Of a DNA stretch of 64,000 nucleotides, positions 14,691 to 26,600 are shown one piece after another. The DNA is taken from contig OZ076409.1 in NCBI GenBank assembly GCA_964187785.1, positions 56,174,001 through 56,238,000 of the forward strand, given 5' to 3'. A program made the position numbers and the translations under genes. Origin of the DNA: Amphiscolops sp. MND2022 (Eukaryota). The notes below the pieces were generated by a model. The model was given only the letters and a program-made list of their open reading frames with translations. It had not been told where the DNA came from and did not search any database. How positions within the stretch are numbered: position 1 is the stretch's first letter; every line of letters starts with the position of its first letter.

Positions 14691-16829
14691 AACTGAATGC
14701 AATTTTTAATTGTAATGAAAAGCGCTTAGCGTTTGTTCGCTACACAGGGTGGAGGAACTGATGCCATGGATTAAGATTCGGGACCAATCACCATAACACC
14801 AGCTCATTTTGCCTCCTAAGGATTGCCGGTCCCGAGGAGGGGGAACTGTCTCAAAGGATGCTCTCCGACTTGTTCCAGTTTCCAGTCTGTAACTGCTGAG
14901 AATAACGGGCTTCCGTCTCGGACTTACCTCGAAACACCGTCTAGACAGCTTTTAAAAACAATGCTAAGGAAAATCAGTGTAAATTTCCATCTTCAGAGTG
15001 ATACATCGAACAAGATCTAAAGTTCGGAATAACGTCTAAATTGCACTGACTAGCGCTCGAGCTAGTAAATACGGCTAAATCCAATGAAAATACATTACGG
15101 CACGGATAAACCACACAGCTACAAGCTGGGGCACAGGGACTCCAAGCACCAAACAAGGATAATTAAGCTACAGGACTAATTTTGCTGGTTTCCGCTACTT
15201 AAGGTAACAAAGTTAAAATCAATGGAAACCGGGGTTAGCACCTCAAAAAGAGTCTATTTTCAGAAGTTCTTGCCGTCTCTGGCTTCTGTCATGGCGGCGT
15301 ACCCATGTTTTTACTCGTTCTTGCTCTTTTTTGTCGAAGTACCTGCCAATTTCGTAGAAACCGCGAAAAGAGCAATCACATTCTCAGTGCCACGTCACAC
15401 ATCGGATTAGAATTTTTGACAAAATTTCTGAAAATGTCAAAACTCCAAAATCGTCAAACTCGGCTGATTTCGGTATATCACACGGTCCCGTTACAAATAA
15501 TCATAAATGTTGAAATTCAGTTTTTTCACGCAAATTTCAAGGCAAATTAGACAAGTTTTAAAGCAATTTAAGACGCAATTTTTGTTCAATAAAGACGCAA
15601 CAAATTCCTGTCTTTGCTGGTCACTATTGTGTCCCGTGCTGCTGATCCCAGCGATAAAAGCACATTAAGCATTTACGCTCCGCCACAACCACCTTCAGGT
15701 TGTTCAAGAGGTCTCGATTCCGCTCGTCATCTTCCGTGACGACTTTGGTTGTTTCATCAATGGCACTTGAACGTTTGGCTGTCACCGCCTCGGAGGAAAC
15801 ATCGATTAACTTTCTTTATTCTGTACGTGATTATCATGATTAGCATGCAGCATCTTGCCAGAATGTCGAGAATCCCGTTAGCTTTCAAAATAGATTCTGT
15901 CTATGATAGCTGCGAGATTTTGTCATTGTGAAGACCATTTTTTTGTCATTGACGAGATTGGTGGTAAGAACTCGGCAGTTTTCTCAGAAACTTCAAGTCA
16001 ATCGCCGCCAGACTCAGTCCGTAGATTCAGCTCTGCTTCTACCTGATTTTTTAAAATTTTTTTGACATTTCCTCAGTCTCTGAATAGCTTTTAGAATTTT
16101 GTATTTTTGTAAAAAGCCGACAAGGCATGCGAAGGGGTCCGCATTTGATTATTCTAGTTTCTTAAAAGTTAACGAAAAAACTGAAAAAAAAACAAAAGAA
16201 AGGCAACTCTGTTCGAAAAATTTTCAGTCTAACAAAGTTTACCCTCTTGCATTGGATGCTAAACGAGTTCACTTTTTCTGAGAATTTTTGTCCGGAAAAT
16301 TTTTTCAAAACTTCATATTGAAGTCTTCTTCAGGTTATTTCAATATTATTGCTATAACTATTGCAACAACTCTGGTCTTTAACAGCCGTGTTTCAAAAAA
16401 ATGCAATTCAGCTAAACAATCTTAGCACAGTTTAGCTACCACTTCTGCCAATTTAACATGTGAAACAAAATTTTCAAGTTGCGTGTGGACTCCGATGAAT
16501 TTCCTCTAAGTTGCTTTAGTGGCTGCTATAAAATTTATTATTTAGCATGACCTTTAAAAAATTCAAATATACCACTTTTTAAATTTCAATGAGAATTCGA
16601 TAAATGTCCTTTGTCTAATGGATATGCTTGAGTTGAATAGTTCATTAGCAAGGTGTAGCGACGTTATGTTAACATTTTCAGTCAGGAAGCAGAAATCAAC
16701 AGAGCAACTAAACAGCAGTACTGTACTTAAGAAGTATCGCTGCATGTTGAGGTATTGGGGTACAAATACTGTAAGCTAAGGCTCAGGCGACGGCAGCGGT
16801 AGACACAGTCATTAGAGGCGAGCGGAAGG

Positions 16830-17287
16830 TAATCCGCGGTTTACTTCCTGGCTAGGAGGATATAAGGCATTTTATGTGGGATAGGATTAGGAATTAAGGC
16901 GAGCTAATCCCCCCACAAATGCCAACCGTCGTACAGCCGACTTATCCTTTCCTCCTTGCAACATTACCTGCCGCATTAATGGCATTCCATAATCTCGTTC
17001 GGGATAAAGGAAAATGAAGGGGGGCTTCTTTCGGTTTTTTAAAGTTACTTCTCTACGTGTAGATAGCTATGTCTACACACATGCATGTGTATATAGAAGT
17101 ACGTCGTTCTACTCGTATGTGCTCGTACGATCGAGCCCATGTTAGATGAATCGCTCCTCCAATTTCGTTTGTTACGCACTGGTGTGAAGGCACAATTTTG
17201 CAGAGCATAAGCTCCAACATTTGAGTTGCTGTTGTTATTACGACAAAAGGTTGCCATTAGCAACGGATCTATTTAAATCGCGGATTA
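16830..17287. promoter_or_regulatory. Cluster of K50-homeodomain-type TAATCC/GGATTA motifs upstream of the homeobox gene
   Basis: TAATCC 16830-16835, GGATTA 16884-16889, TAATCC 16905-16910, TAATCT 16990-16995 and GGATTA 17282-17287. Confidence 0.4.
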
Positions 17288-18054
17288 AGAAGCACTAAGC
17301 AAAAAGCCGCCGCTGAATTGCTGGAGGCAGAATTAGTGAGCTGAGATAAAATAATGCTGCTAGGAGCTGAAGACCTACTTTATAATAAAAGGGGAGAAGA
17401 GAATTTAAAATAGAAATCTCAAATTGGTTTCGAGCCTGCATTCGAGCCCCCTGCTTTGTTCTTTACTACATTAAACACCAGAAACAAGCATACACCAGCT
17501 TAATTTTCTCTGCCTAATTCGTTTCCAAGTCGCCTTTCTCGTCCTTTCTTTAACCGCGACCGTATAACTCGGTACTCTACAAATGTCCAATTTAGACCAA
17601 AATTGCCAACTTCAGATTAACCTACAAGCAGTTCTACTTCTGTTTTACAATCAAATTACTGTTTATAACTCCCTTTATGGTACCATTTTTAGCTTGAAGT
17701 CAAATTAAGTTGTTTTCTGCTCGTGTATTTCATGTGAATTGATCAATACAGTTTTATGAAACCAATAGCTTTATCTTTCAGTGGAAGTTGCAACATCATT
17801 GAGACTTATTACAGTTCTGACATTCAAATTGAGTTTGTCCCTTAGTGAAACAAACAAAATCACTAGGAACTACAAACATTTCGAACTTTATTCTCAAACT
17901 CTGACTTTTCCAGGAGTCTTAAATTATTCAAAAGGTTTCAACTGATTTTACGAACCTCAACTACGACAAAAAAATTACCGAAAAAATTTTGAAATTATCA
18001 ATTAAAAACTAAAAATTATTGTTCAAGTTGGTTGATTCCAAAATTCATCGCCAA

Positions 18055-20988
18055 ATGCCTCGATTCAAATTCCAAACTCCTACTGGTTCGATTATAATGG
18101 AGTTCGATGACACATCGACAGTTTACCAAGTGCGCATGTTTTTGTCGCAAACGATTGAACGTAAAGTACAAGGCTTAGTCGCCGTAGCCGAGAAGGGTTC
18201 TTCTTTTCATGCTGTATCACGATTGGCCGACAGTCAACGAATGCGAGATGTTGACAGAAAAGCTGTGATCTTATTGGATTGCGAAAAGCTCAAGCTACCT
18301 GAAAATAATCCTTTGAAGAGAGATACTCCGCATGAAACATCAAGCACTTCAGGTAAGCCGGTTAATCATTTTGTTGACTGTTTTCGATAGTTTCCAACTT
18401 TTCGAAATGGAAGTACAGGAAACACATTGTTCCAAAGGCTTTGAGTCTTGAACTTTTCAAGACCGGATGAAGCGAGGTGAAACAAACACCAATATATTGG
18501 ACATTTTTTTGAAAATTCAAAAGTTGTTACCATACTTTCCATTTCTTCCAAACTTTCAGTTTCTGCCATTGAGGTTTTTCTATAATTTGTGGCTCTACAT
18601 TGAGAACTTCAAAATTTTTGACAAAATGTAGTTCAGGCGACTGTGAGTAGCAAGTACCAAAACAATTCAAAAGCACTGCCCTCTTTGTTCTTTTCATCAT
18701 TGTTGTCGGAGCAGATCATGTCAAAAAGGATCTGACGAAGTATCAACGTAATTTACAAAGATAGAATCCCAGTCTTGAAGACACATGTCATGAAATTCAC
18801 ATCATTTTATAAGCACCAGATGGCTATGAGCTAAAAGTGACCTTTAGTGCTCTAAAAACAGAAGTAAAGCTCCGTGTCGACATTTCGTTATTAGTCAAAC
18901 CACTCGCTTCAACGAAGAGAGTCTTGTAGTAGATCAAAGCAATGAAGGGGTCGAAGTATTCAACTAATCTGAAAACTTCATTGTAAACGAAAACAGCTAG
19001 TATGGCATTGGATATTTTGCTTCCATTTTTTAAATGAATTTTGATATAATCAATTATAACCAGCATTAGCATAGTCAGTAGTATTTCAGAATGCAATGAT
19101 TAATGGAACAAAATAGCTGACAGGAAGATTTCGGTATCTTTAAAAAACAAGTATCAAAATAAACATTCTTTATCATTCACTGTCCATCTTATCTTTCAGT
19201 TGAAACCTTTTCGAGCAGAACTCAAGATTCTGAAGAAAAATCGAAGAAAAAGTCAGGGCTTCAAACATCAAAAGAACCACCGAAGAACCAAGGAAATGAG
19301 TCATCAATTCCATCTGGGCTGAGTCTGCCAGAAGTTCTGGATGAACTAGGCACTGATCCGAAAACCTCTTCGAACGTAAAACCTGGACAAGCTTTCGAAT
19401 CTATGTCAGACTGGAAAAATCCCAGCAATCCAATGCTAGCAGCGCTTTCCCTTTCAAATGGTCCTGGTGTCTTCGGCCCCTTGCCTTTCAACTTCAACCC
19501 ATTTCTGTTGATCCCAGCAGTGCTGAAGTATTGCATACACTTTGAAATCGATCATTTTAACATAAATGCCGAGATATTCTCACATGCTACAATGGGATGT
19601 ACGGCAGCTTCAATGGAAAAGGTTCAAATTGGTTTTCGTTTGACATAGCGGTCGATTTTCAGAATAAATGCTACTGTACTCAAAAAATAAAGACAGTCCC
19701 GTGATCGCTCGAAAAAAATTGATTGAACTGCAAAATTTCTAGATGGCAATTAACAAGATTTCGTGTGTTCAAAAAGCTTCATTAATGACAAAACATCCTG
19801 CAGTAAACAAACTAAAACCTTAATTAGCGACTCAAAAACATGATTATCGAAATAAGATTAATTTGGCAAAAACCAGACTATTTCTTTACAGTTTTCAATG
19901 GTAATTTCAATGAAGTATGCTTGAAACAGTGTGATTTTTCAGACACTTTCCTTGCCCATGGGAGAATTCATGGACTCTCAAGGCAAGTTTCTGCCCATTG
20001 TTAAGCACTTCATGAGGAGTGAAGAAGAGCGAGCGGAGATCTACTCAACTGTGAAGGCAGAACTGCGCAAGGCAGCCTCTGTAATGGAGCAACAAGCTCA
20101 GCAGAACCCCATCTCCTTTCCACATAGGGTGAGTCTTCTTCAAGGAACAGATTGAAATGGCCCGCCTGAACGGGTGTCAATGAACCAATGTTACGAAATT
20201 GTTCTTCCGCGGCAAAAACTATGCACTTTCTCAACATTTAATGAATGGATATTTCTGTGGCTTCATGTTGTTCTGTTAGTAGTATTAACACCCTAAGTGA
20301 GAAGAAAGATATAGTCTCAAAATTAAAATCAGTTTTTTGTTTTCTGCAGCTTAGCAACATGACTGCTGCGCGACTGAAGCCGGATGACAGAAGGGTCACT
20401 TTCCTCAACAGTCTCAGCAAGACTTCAGAAAGGGATGTCCAGAACTCAGCCGATATACCTCGACCACCAAACCTATCAGAACTATCCTTCTTCAAATTAG
20501 CTACCACTGCCCCTCCTCCTCCATTAGCATCGGCGCAGGCCAGCCAACCTATCACAGTACCTCCTTTAAACTTACCTAACAACCCTCCATTTGGGTCTCA
20601 AACGTCTCCGGACCACTCAAACTCATCACTGCCACCTAACTCTGCATTAGACCCGAACGCCAAGCGAATGCGTAGGCGAACTACAATTACAAGATCGGCT
20701 AAAATTGTAATGGTTGAGTGGTACTTATCAAACGGGAGATATCTCACGGCCGAAGGGCGTCAGCTTTTGTCAGGGCATCTTGGATTGACTGAAGAAAACG
20801 TTCGAGTATTTTTTAAAAATTTGAGAAGGCTTGAGAAAAAGTGTGAAGAAACGGGTACCCCTCTCATGGACGCAATAAACGGTGTAGACAATGAGAATTC
20901 TAACCTTAGTGAAGATCTTCAGCTGGTCAGTGGATCTTTCGATGACGATTCAAGTCCAACAATGATCAAACTTGAAACCATAGACTAA
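18055..20988 (+). CDS. CUT-class-like (SATB/ONECUT-like) homeobox protein, 514 aa: ubiquitin-like domain + degenerate CUT-like domain + atypical homeodomain. Exons 18055-18352, 19200-19621, 19943-20128, 20350-20988
   Basis: Four exons join through GT-AG introns with phases 1, 0, 0 and total 1545 nt. The homeodomain RRRTTITRSAKIVMVEWYLSNGRYLTAEGRQLLSGHLGLTEENVRVFFKNLRR (~20665-20844) has R5, F49, N51 and R53. The gene model is more certain than the family assignment. Confidence 0.85.
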
Positions 20989-21299
20989 ACTTCCCGTTTT
21001 TAAAGTTCGACAATTTGAACATTTTATTAAACAGAATTTACGGCGTAAGCAAGGTAGCTTTTAGTTCAGAACCATTCCAAGTGGAAAATGTCATTCAAAC
21101 GACAAGATGCCATGATTAAATTCAATTTCCTAAAATGTTTCGGACGCGGTATTTTGATTCAGCCGAATATACCATTGTGGCCGACAAAATAAGCCCACGA
21201 CGTATTTTTTTAAAAAGTTATTTTCGCCAATAATTTATCAGAAAATTGACACAAAATGTAATCGTATGCAAGACACATGTTGCTTAAAACAGTCTGGCA

Positions 21300-23484
21300 T
21301 CACAAAACCAATATTTTGTTGGATAATCCTGATTTTGTATCACATCTGCAATTCAATCAGACAAGCACCGAACGAGGTTTACACACAATTCTTGCCCGAT
21401 TCCATATACCCAGACACTTTCCAGCACTTCTTTCAACGCTGATATCGAGGAAGGGGCGATTAGCCGAACCTTTTGTTTCACTAAATTCCAGCAATTTTCA
21501 ATCACATTCAGATCAGGAGAACTTGAAGGCCATGGTAGCAATTTAATCCCCTCGTTTTTGAACCAGTCTGTCACAATCCGCGCTTTAAGCGCTGGAGTTG
21601 AACCTTTTTGGAATTGCGTGGTCTCTGAATGCGTTGTTTGAGCATGGTCACACAAAAGTTTTAAATTGGGTTCGCCTGTTATAGTTTCGCCTTGTTGAAA
21701 TACGTTCTACTTCTGCAATTGGTTTTTTGCGTGGTCTCCTTGCCGAAAGCCTGAAATCATCAACCAAACGCCTTTTGACAGATTTTGCGCTGACCAGGAT
21801 ACGAAAGCATACCATCACTTGCATTGATTGTGCAATGCGGTTGGATGGTATGCTTGGACTTGTCATCACTTCCTGCTTCTCCTGATCATCTCTTGCCGAC
21901 GTTGTCACAACCCGCTCCCGGTTTGGGATGTTCTTGCAGACGTATTGCAATCGGAAGAGGGCACGGCTGCAACCTACGCTTTCCAAGATGGTTACTTAGT
22001 AACTAATTCTAAACTAATACTCATTTCCAAAATAAACTGTGACTGAAAATCCAAAATATACGTCTACTTTACGCAAGTTTCAAATGAAAAAGAAAAAAGA
22101 ACAAAATGAGCTAAAATGATTTCACGCATTTCTGGCAAGACGTTCTTGTCACGTCAGAACAGAAATATTCGTCACCTGGAAATTAATATTAAAAGATGTC
22201 TTAGAATAAAAGATCATAGATCAATCTAAACAGAAACATTCCCAAATCTTGCTTCGAAAAGGACATCAAACAAATCTAAAACAGAAAATACCTTGAGATG
22301 GCATGCCGAAAAAAACTAGGCCTTTTCTAAGAAAAGGCAACTCAAGTGCACTTTGAACAGCAATTAAAGTAGAATTAGGACGTCGGAGCGTTGTTAAGCA
22401 AACAAATATAGGCGGTACATCCAAATATTACTATACTTGTGACGTCAGTGCTACATCACTACCTAGTCAATTAACTAGAAGTATTCCAAATTACTCGTCG
22501 GTGTGACGTCACTAGCTTGGCAGCTAGTCAGAAATTCACTCCAAAATATGCGTCAGCAACTCGTCAAACTTGGCAGCTTGCCAAGCTAGCTGAGAAAACT
22601 TGTCAACGTGTTGTCGCAAATCCATCAAAATCGCCGTTTTAATCCATCCAAATTAGGAAAATGAACGCTGATTTTAGCGGAAACGATGTAAAGGAAATCA
22701 TTAAATTGAACCAAATGTAGCTAGGATCATTACGATACATATGCCGCAAAGAACTAGCAAGATCTTGCTAGTTCATTGCGGCATATGTATCGTAATGATG
22801 AAAGTAAAATTTAGCGAAATTGCGTCTATCCTTCGTCGACTAAAATATTATTCGTTTAAAATTACGCTAAGGAATAGTCTAAGTGATATTTTTCCGCAAC
22901 TTATGAACAAAGTCACATGTTATATTTTAGTACTGAATAAACAACTGTATTTTGTAACATGAGAACATTTTTTCTATATTACCAATATAATGCGTGTAGC
23001 CCGTTGCTTGATAACACTTTGTATTCTCAACTTGTCAGTTTATTTTTGTATGACGTTGTCACCTCGCTGACATATATTGAAGAAATTCATAGACTTGTTA
23101 ACTTTGATAGAAAACCCCACTCAGTTGAATATTAACTCCAAGTGAACTACCAATACTAATGTGCATTGATTTTAACGGTGTTATTAAAATCACTACTTGA
23201 AGTTTTCTGTTGTGTTTAGTTCTGGTTTGTACACTTGGCGTGCTTGTCTCGTAAGACTGAAACTATTGCCAATGTGCTAATTTATGTATTAATAATCGTA
23301 AATGTTAATTTTAGTCCCAGCTCCAGTTTACCCGAATGGTTTCCTAGCATCATTCAAATAACCACAACTTGAAAATTTATCATAGCATTTTCTTTGAGTA
23401 AAAATTCAGAATCAGTTATTAATTGTTCACGTCAGCGTCATCTCCACGTCAATTTTCCTACGAACCAAAGCAGCAAAACAGGGA
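21300..23484 (-). mobile_element. Degenerate Tc1/mariner element (transposase ~21300-21990 plus long 5' region)
   Basis: 'LLPWPSSSPDLNVIENCW' is the Tc1 WPxxSPDLNPIE motif; 'SAKSVKRRL...ARRPRKKP' is the second HTH/NLS region. Frameshifted and internally deleted. Confidence 0.9.
22726..22799. repeat. 74-bp near-perfect palindrome without a spacer
   Basis: atcattacgatacatatgccgcaaagaactagcaagatcttgctagttcattgcggcatatgtatcgtaatgat, with a single mismatch at 22750/22775. Confidence 0.95.
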
Positions 23485-23699
23485 AGCAAAGTATTTCCGC
23501 TTTGACAGACTGAAGTAACATCTACTTCCTGCTTGGAAGCAAAAGGACGCCGGAATGAAATGATATGATCATGTTGAATGACTAATGCTAAACTAGAATT
23601 GCTGTGGCTCAAAATTTGACAAAATGTCGACGCAAACTTGGGATCGTAATAACTTTTTCACCGAAAAAAAACAGGAAATGAGTAATTGTTCGAGGAAAA

Positions 23700-26600
23700 T
23701 AAGGAATAAAGTCGTGATCAAATGATGCTAGGAGGGTATAAATACGATGCATTTTGTAGGTTAAGGGACTCAGTCTTTACATCTGTGGAATTCAGTTGTA
23801 CCGCTATATTTTGATTTTTTTGGTTCAATTCCCAACTTTGTTGGAAATACAGTTCAGAATAAAAATTCAAACTCAATCTCTTCTTTCATAATGTCGACCA
23901 CAAGAAGCCAAAAGAGAAAGAACAACCAACATGGAAACAACGAAAGTTTAAGTGAAAGTCCAGTTTCACCAAAAGTAGTAGGAAATCCGTTTCTCGGATC
24001 AAGACGTAAGCATTGAGGGTCCTTCAAGACCAAAATCCCCCAGAATTGAAAAAACCTCTCAGGAAATTCGAGAGCTTCTTTAAAGGAAGAAATAACTTCG
24101 GAAATTAAGGGTTTTCTCGTAGAATCTCAGAAAGAGATGTTGAAACTGTTAAAACCCAAAACAGGGGAAAATATAAGGAAGAACATTGAAGAAGAAACGG
24201 AAATTGAAACCAGGAGTTTTTACACTCCTACAAAGTCAGTTAGGATCAATTCTACCCAAAATAACGACACGACCGTGAGTCGTAACATGGTGACAGGAGT
24301 GCTAACCGACTCCACCAACCACCCAAAAAGACCAAAAATAAGGTCTCAAAGTGGCCAGAACACCTTTTGGAGCGGGAAACAACGACAACACTACGCTACT
24401 TATGCCAAAAGCCCTAACGACATCACTCCCAACGTTTGATGGGAAATCTGAAAAATTTGAGTTTTTCAAAGACCTTTTCCGCAACAATATTAGAATGTAT
24501 CCACACCTAACGGTAATCCAAAAAACTAACTAATTTCACTCCCTACTTCCCGGAGACGCACTACAAGCGTTTTGCAACATAGAAGATTCGAAAAAAGATT
24601 CAACGGAAGAAATAATGACGGTCTTCAAACGTCGTTTTGACGACTACCTATCAATGGCAAAGGCCAGATGCGAATGGGACGCGCTCAAATTCGATCCCTC
24701 AACGAAAAAATTTCACGAATTTTTAGATGTACTTCAAAAAATCGCCGAAGAAGCCTTTGGGTCTGAGGCCAAACAATTCATAGACAAGGCAATATACGCA
24801 AAAATGCCTGATCACGTAAAGAAAATACTCAACGGAGCATACCTCGAGGACAAGCCATTCAATGACATCGTACTCCACCTGGAGAGAGAAATGAGACTTA
24901 ACGGCCTTGGAGCCCCGGATGACGTCATTTTGGTCCCCTTAAACAAAATAGAACCCGCTCAAACAAAAACTGAAATCAAACCAGCCCAAAATACTACCCA
25001 GAACATCAAAAAAAGGTATTGCTTCTACTGTTACATGTTCGGCCATTTCAAAGCAGAATGCCAAAAAATGAAAAGAGATAAATGGCACCACACATGGAGA
25101 TACAACAACCAAACCAAAAATAATGCAGGCATTACGCTTAAAGGCGACACTTGCGGCAAACCCCATAAAACGGAAGATTGTTGGAATGGAGCCAACTCTG
25201 CCAACGATCCACGACCTAAGCGTCACTTCCAACAAGAAAAAAAAAGACGGATACCTCCGTCCAACAAACGAAATCCAAAACAACCGAAGACTCAAAAAAC
25301 TAATTACGCTGCGCCTGCGCTTCGGGAAACAACAGACGCGAGGGCGTACTCAATAGAAGATCCCTCCACCAAACACAATAACGAGGTACCAACGGAATGC
25401 AACGGGACACCCACAGAAGATTGGCTAAGACGACGAGCCATCGCCACTATAAAAAGACACAACGCCAAACACGAACAACGAAGAGAATGCCCAAACTGGA
25501 TCAATGACTCAGAAGGTCAATATATGACGACAAAGAAACCATTACCAGAATCAGACCAAGAAAGAATCTGTGTATTCGACAAAGACTACCGATGTGACCC
25601 CTGGGACAGTCCCGATCTCTATGACCAATCATCCCTCACCTTCAAGGAACAACCCATTGCGCCAGTAACAGACAAAAATACAAACGCCTTCGATGAGCAA
25701 TCACCATCACCACTACCAAAAGAAGATATCAACGGCTCCACCACGAAATCTATCTTCCCGGATCACTTCCCCGTCTCGCTCAACTCTATCAAATAATACA
25801 TAACTGAAAAAGACGGAGACACTTATATACCACTACACTCGACAATACCGCTGAAAAAACGACGACTGATGCTCTACCTACCACTCGAGTTCAGCGAAAT
25901 AACAATGGACTGACTTGTCGACTCAGGAGTGTTCATCAACGCAATGTCGTGGTCAGACTACAATCTAATCAAGATGAACAGCGACAACTGCGTCATCAAG
26001 GAATATCCGCAACTACAATTCAAAATTGAGTGGGCACATGCTCAGCTAGAACAACAAATAGCCACAGCGGATATACTTTTCAACATCGGAACCTACACAT
26101 TCACGGACAACTTCGTCATCCTCTCAAAGACATCTTTCCCCATAAAAGGGTTGAAATTCATGCGAAATCATCAAGCGGTGCTAGACACAGCGAACGGAAC
26201 CATCAACTTCCCGCACGTTGAAATGACGCTGGTCATGACAGATGAAATGAAAAACTGCAATCCAAAACCGCTTCAAATAATGGCACATGGGAACCAAACG
26301 CTATTGCCCAACAAACAACAACAGTAAAAGCGATAGTAATCACCTTGAATACAAATGACGTCACTGGGACGGTACAGCAATTACCACAATTCTATGAGAC
26401 AGCCACCATCATCGTCGCACCAGCGCTGGCGACAGCTCACAACAAAAGAATCAACATCAGAATAGCCAACCTAACGGATTTCCCACATACAATGAAAAAT
26501 CACACCAAACTGGAGTAGCTACAAATCCTTAAACCTGAACAAACGAAACAAACACGACACATTGACGCTGCCGCATTCAAACAATTGCAAGACCCTGATA

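Noticed and set aside
18019..18054. ORF-track start for the homeobox gene at 18019
   Set aside because: It is a TTG start; the first ATG is at 18055.
20665..20844. Assignment of the homeodomain to the SIX class (EWY, K50)
   Set aside because: There is no SIX domain upstream and no ETSY-type N-terminal arm. F48 and the one-residue insertion fit the CUT class better. Only a phylogeny can exclude SIX fully.
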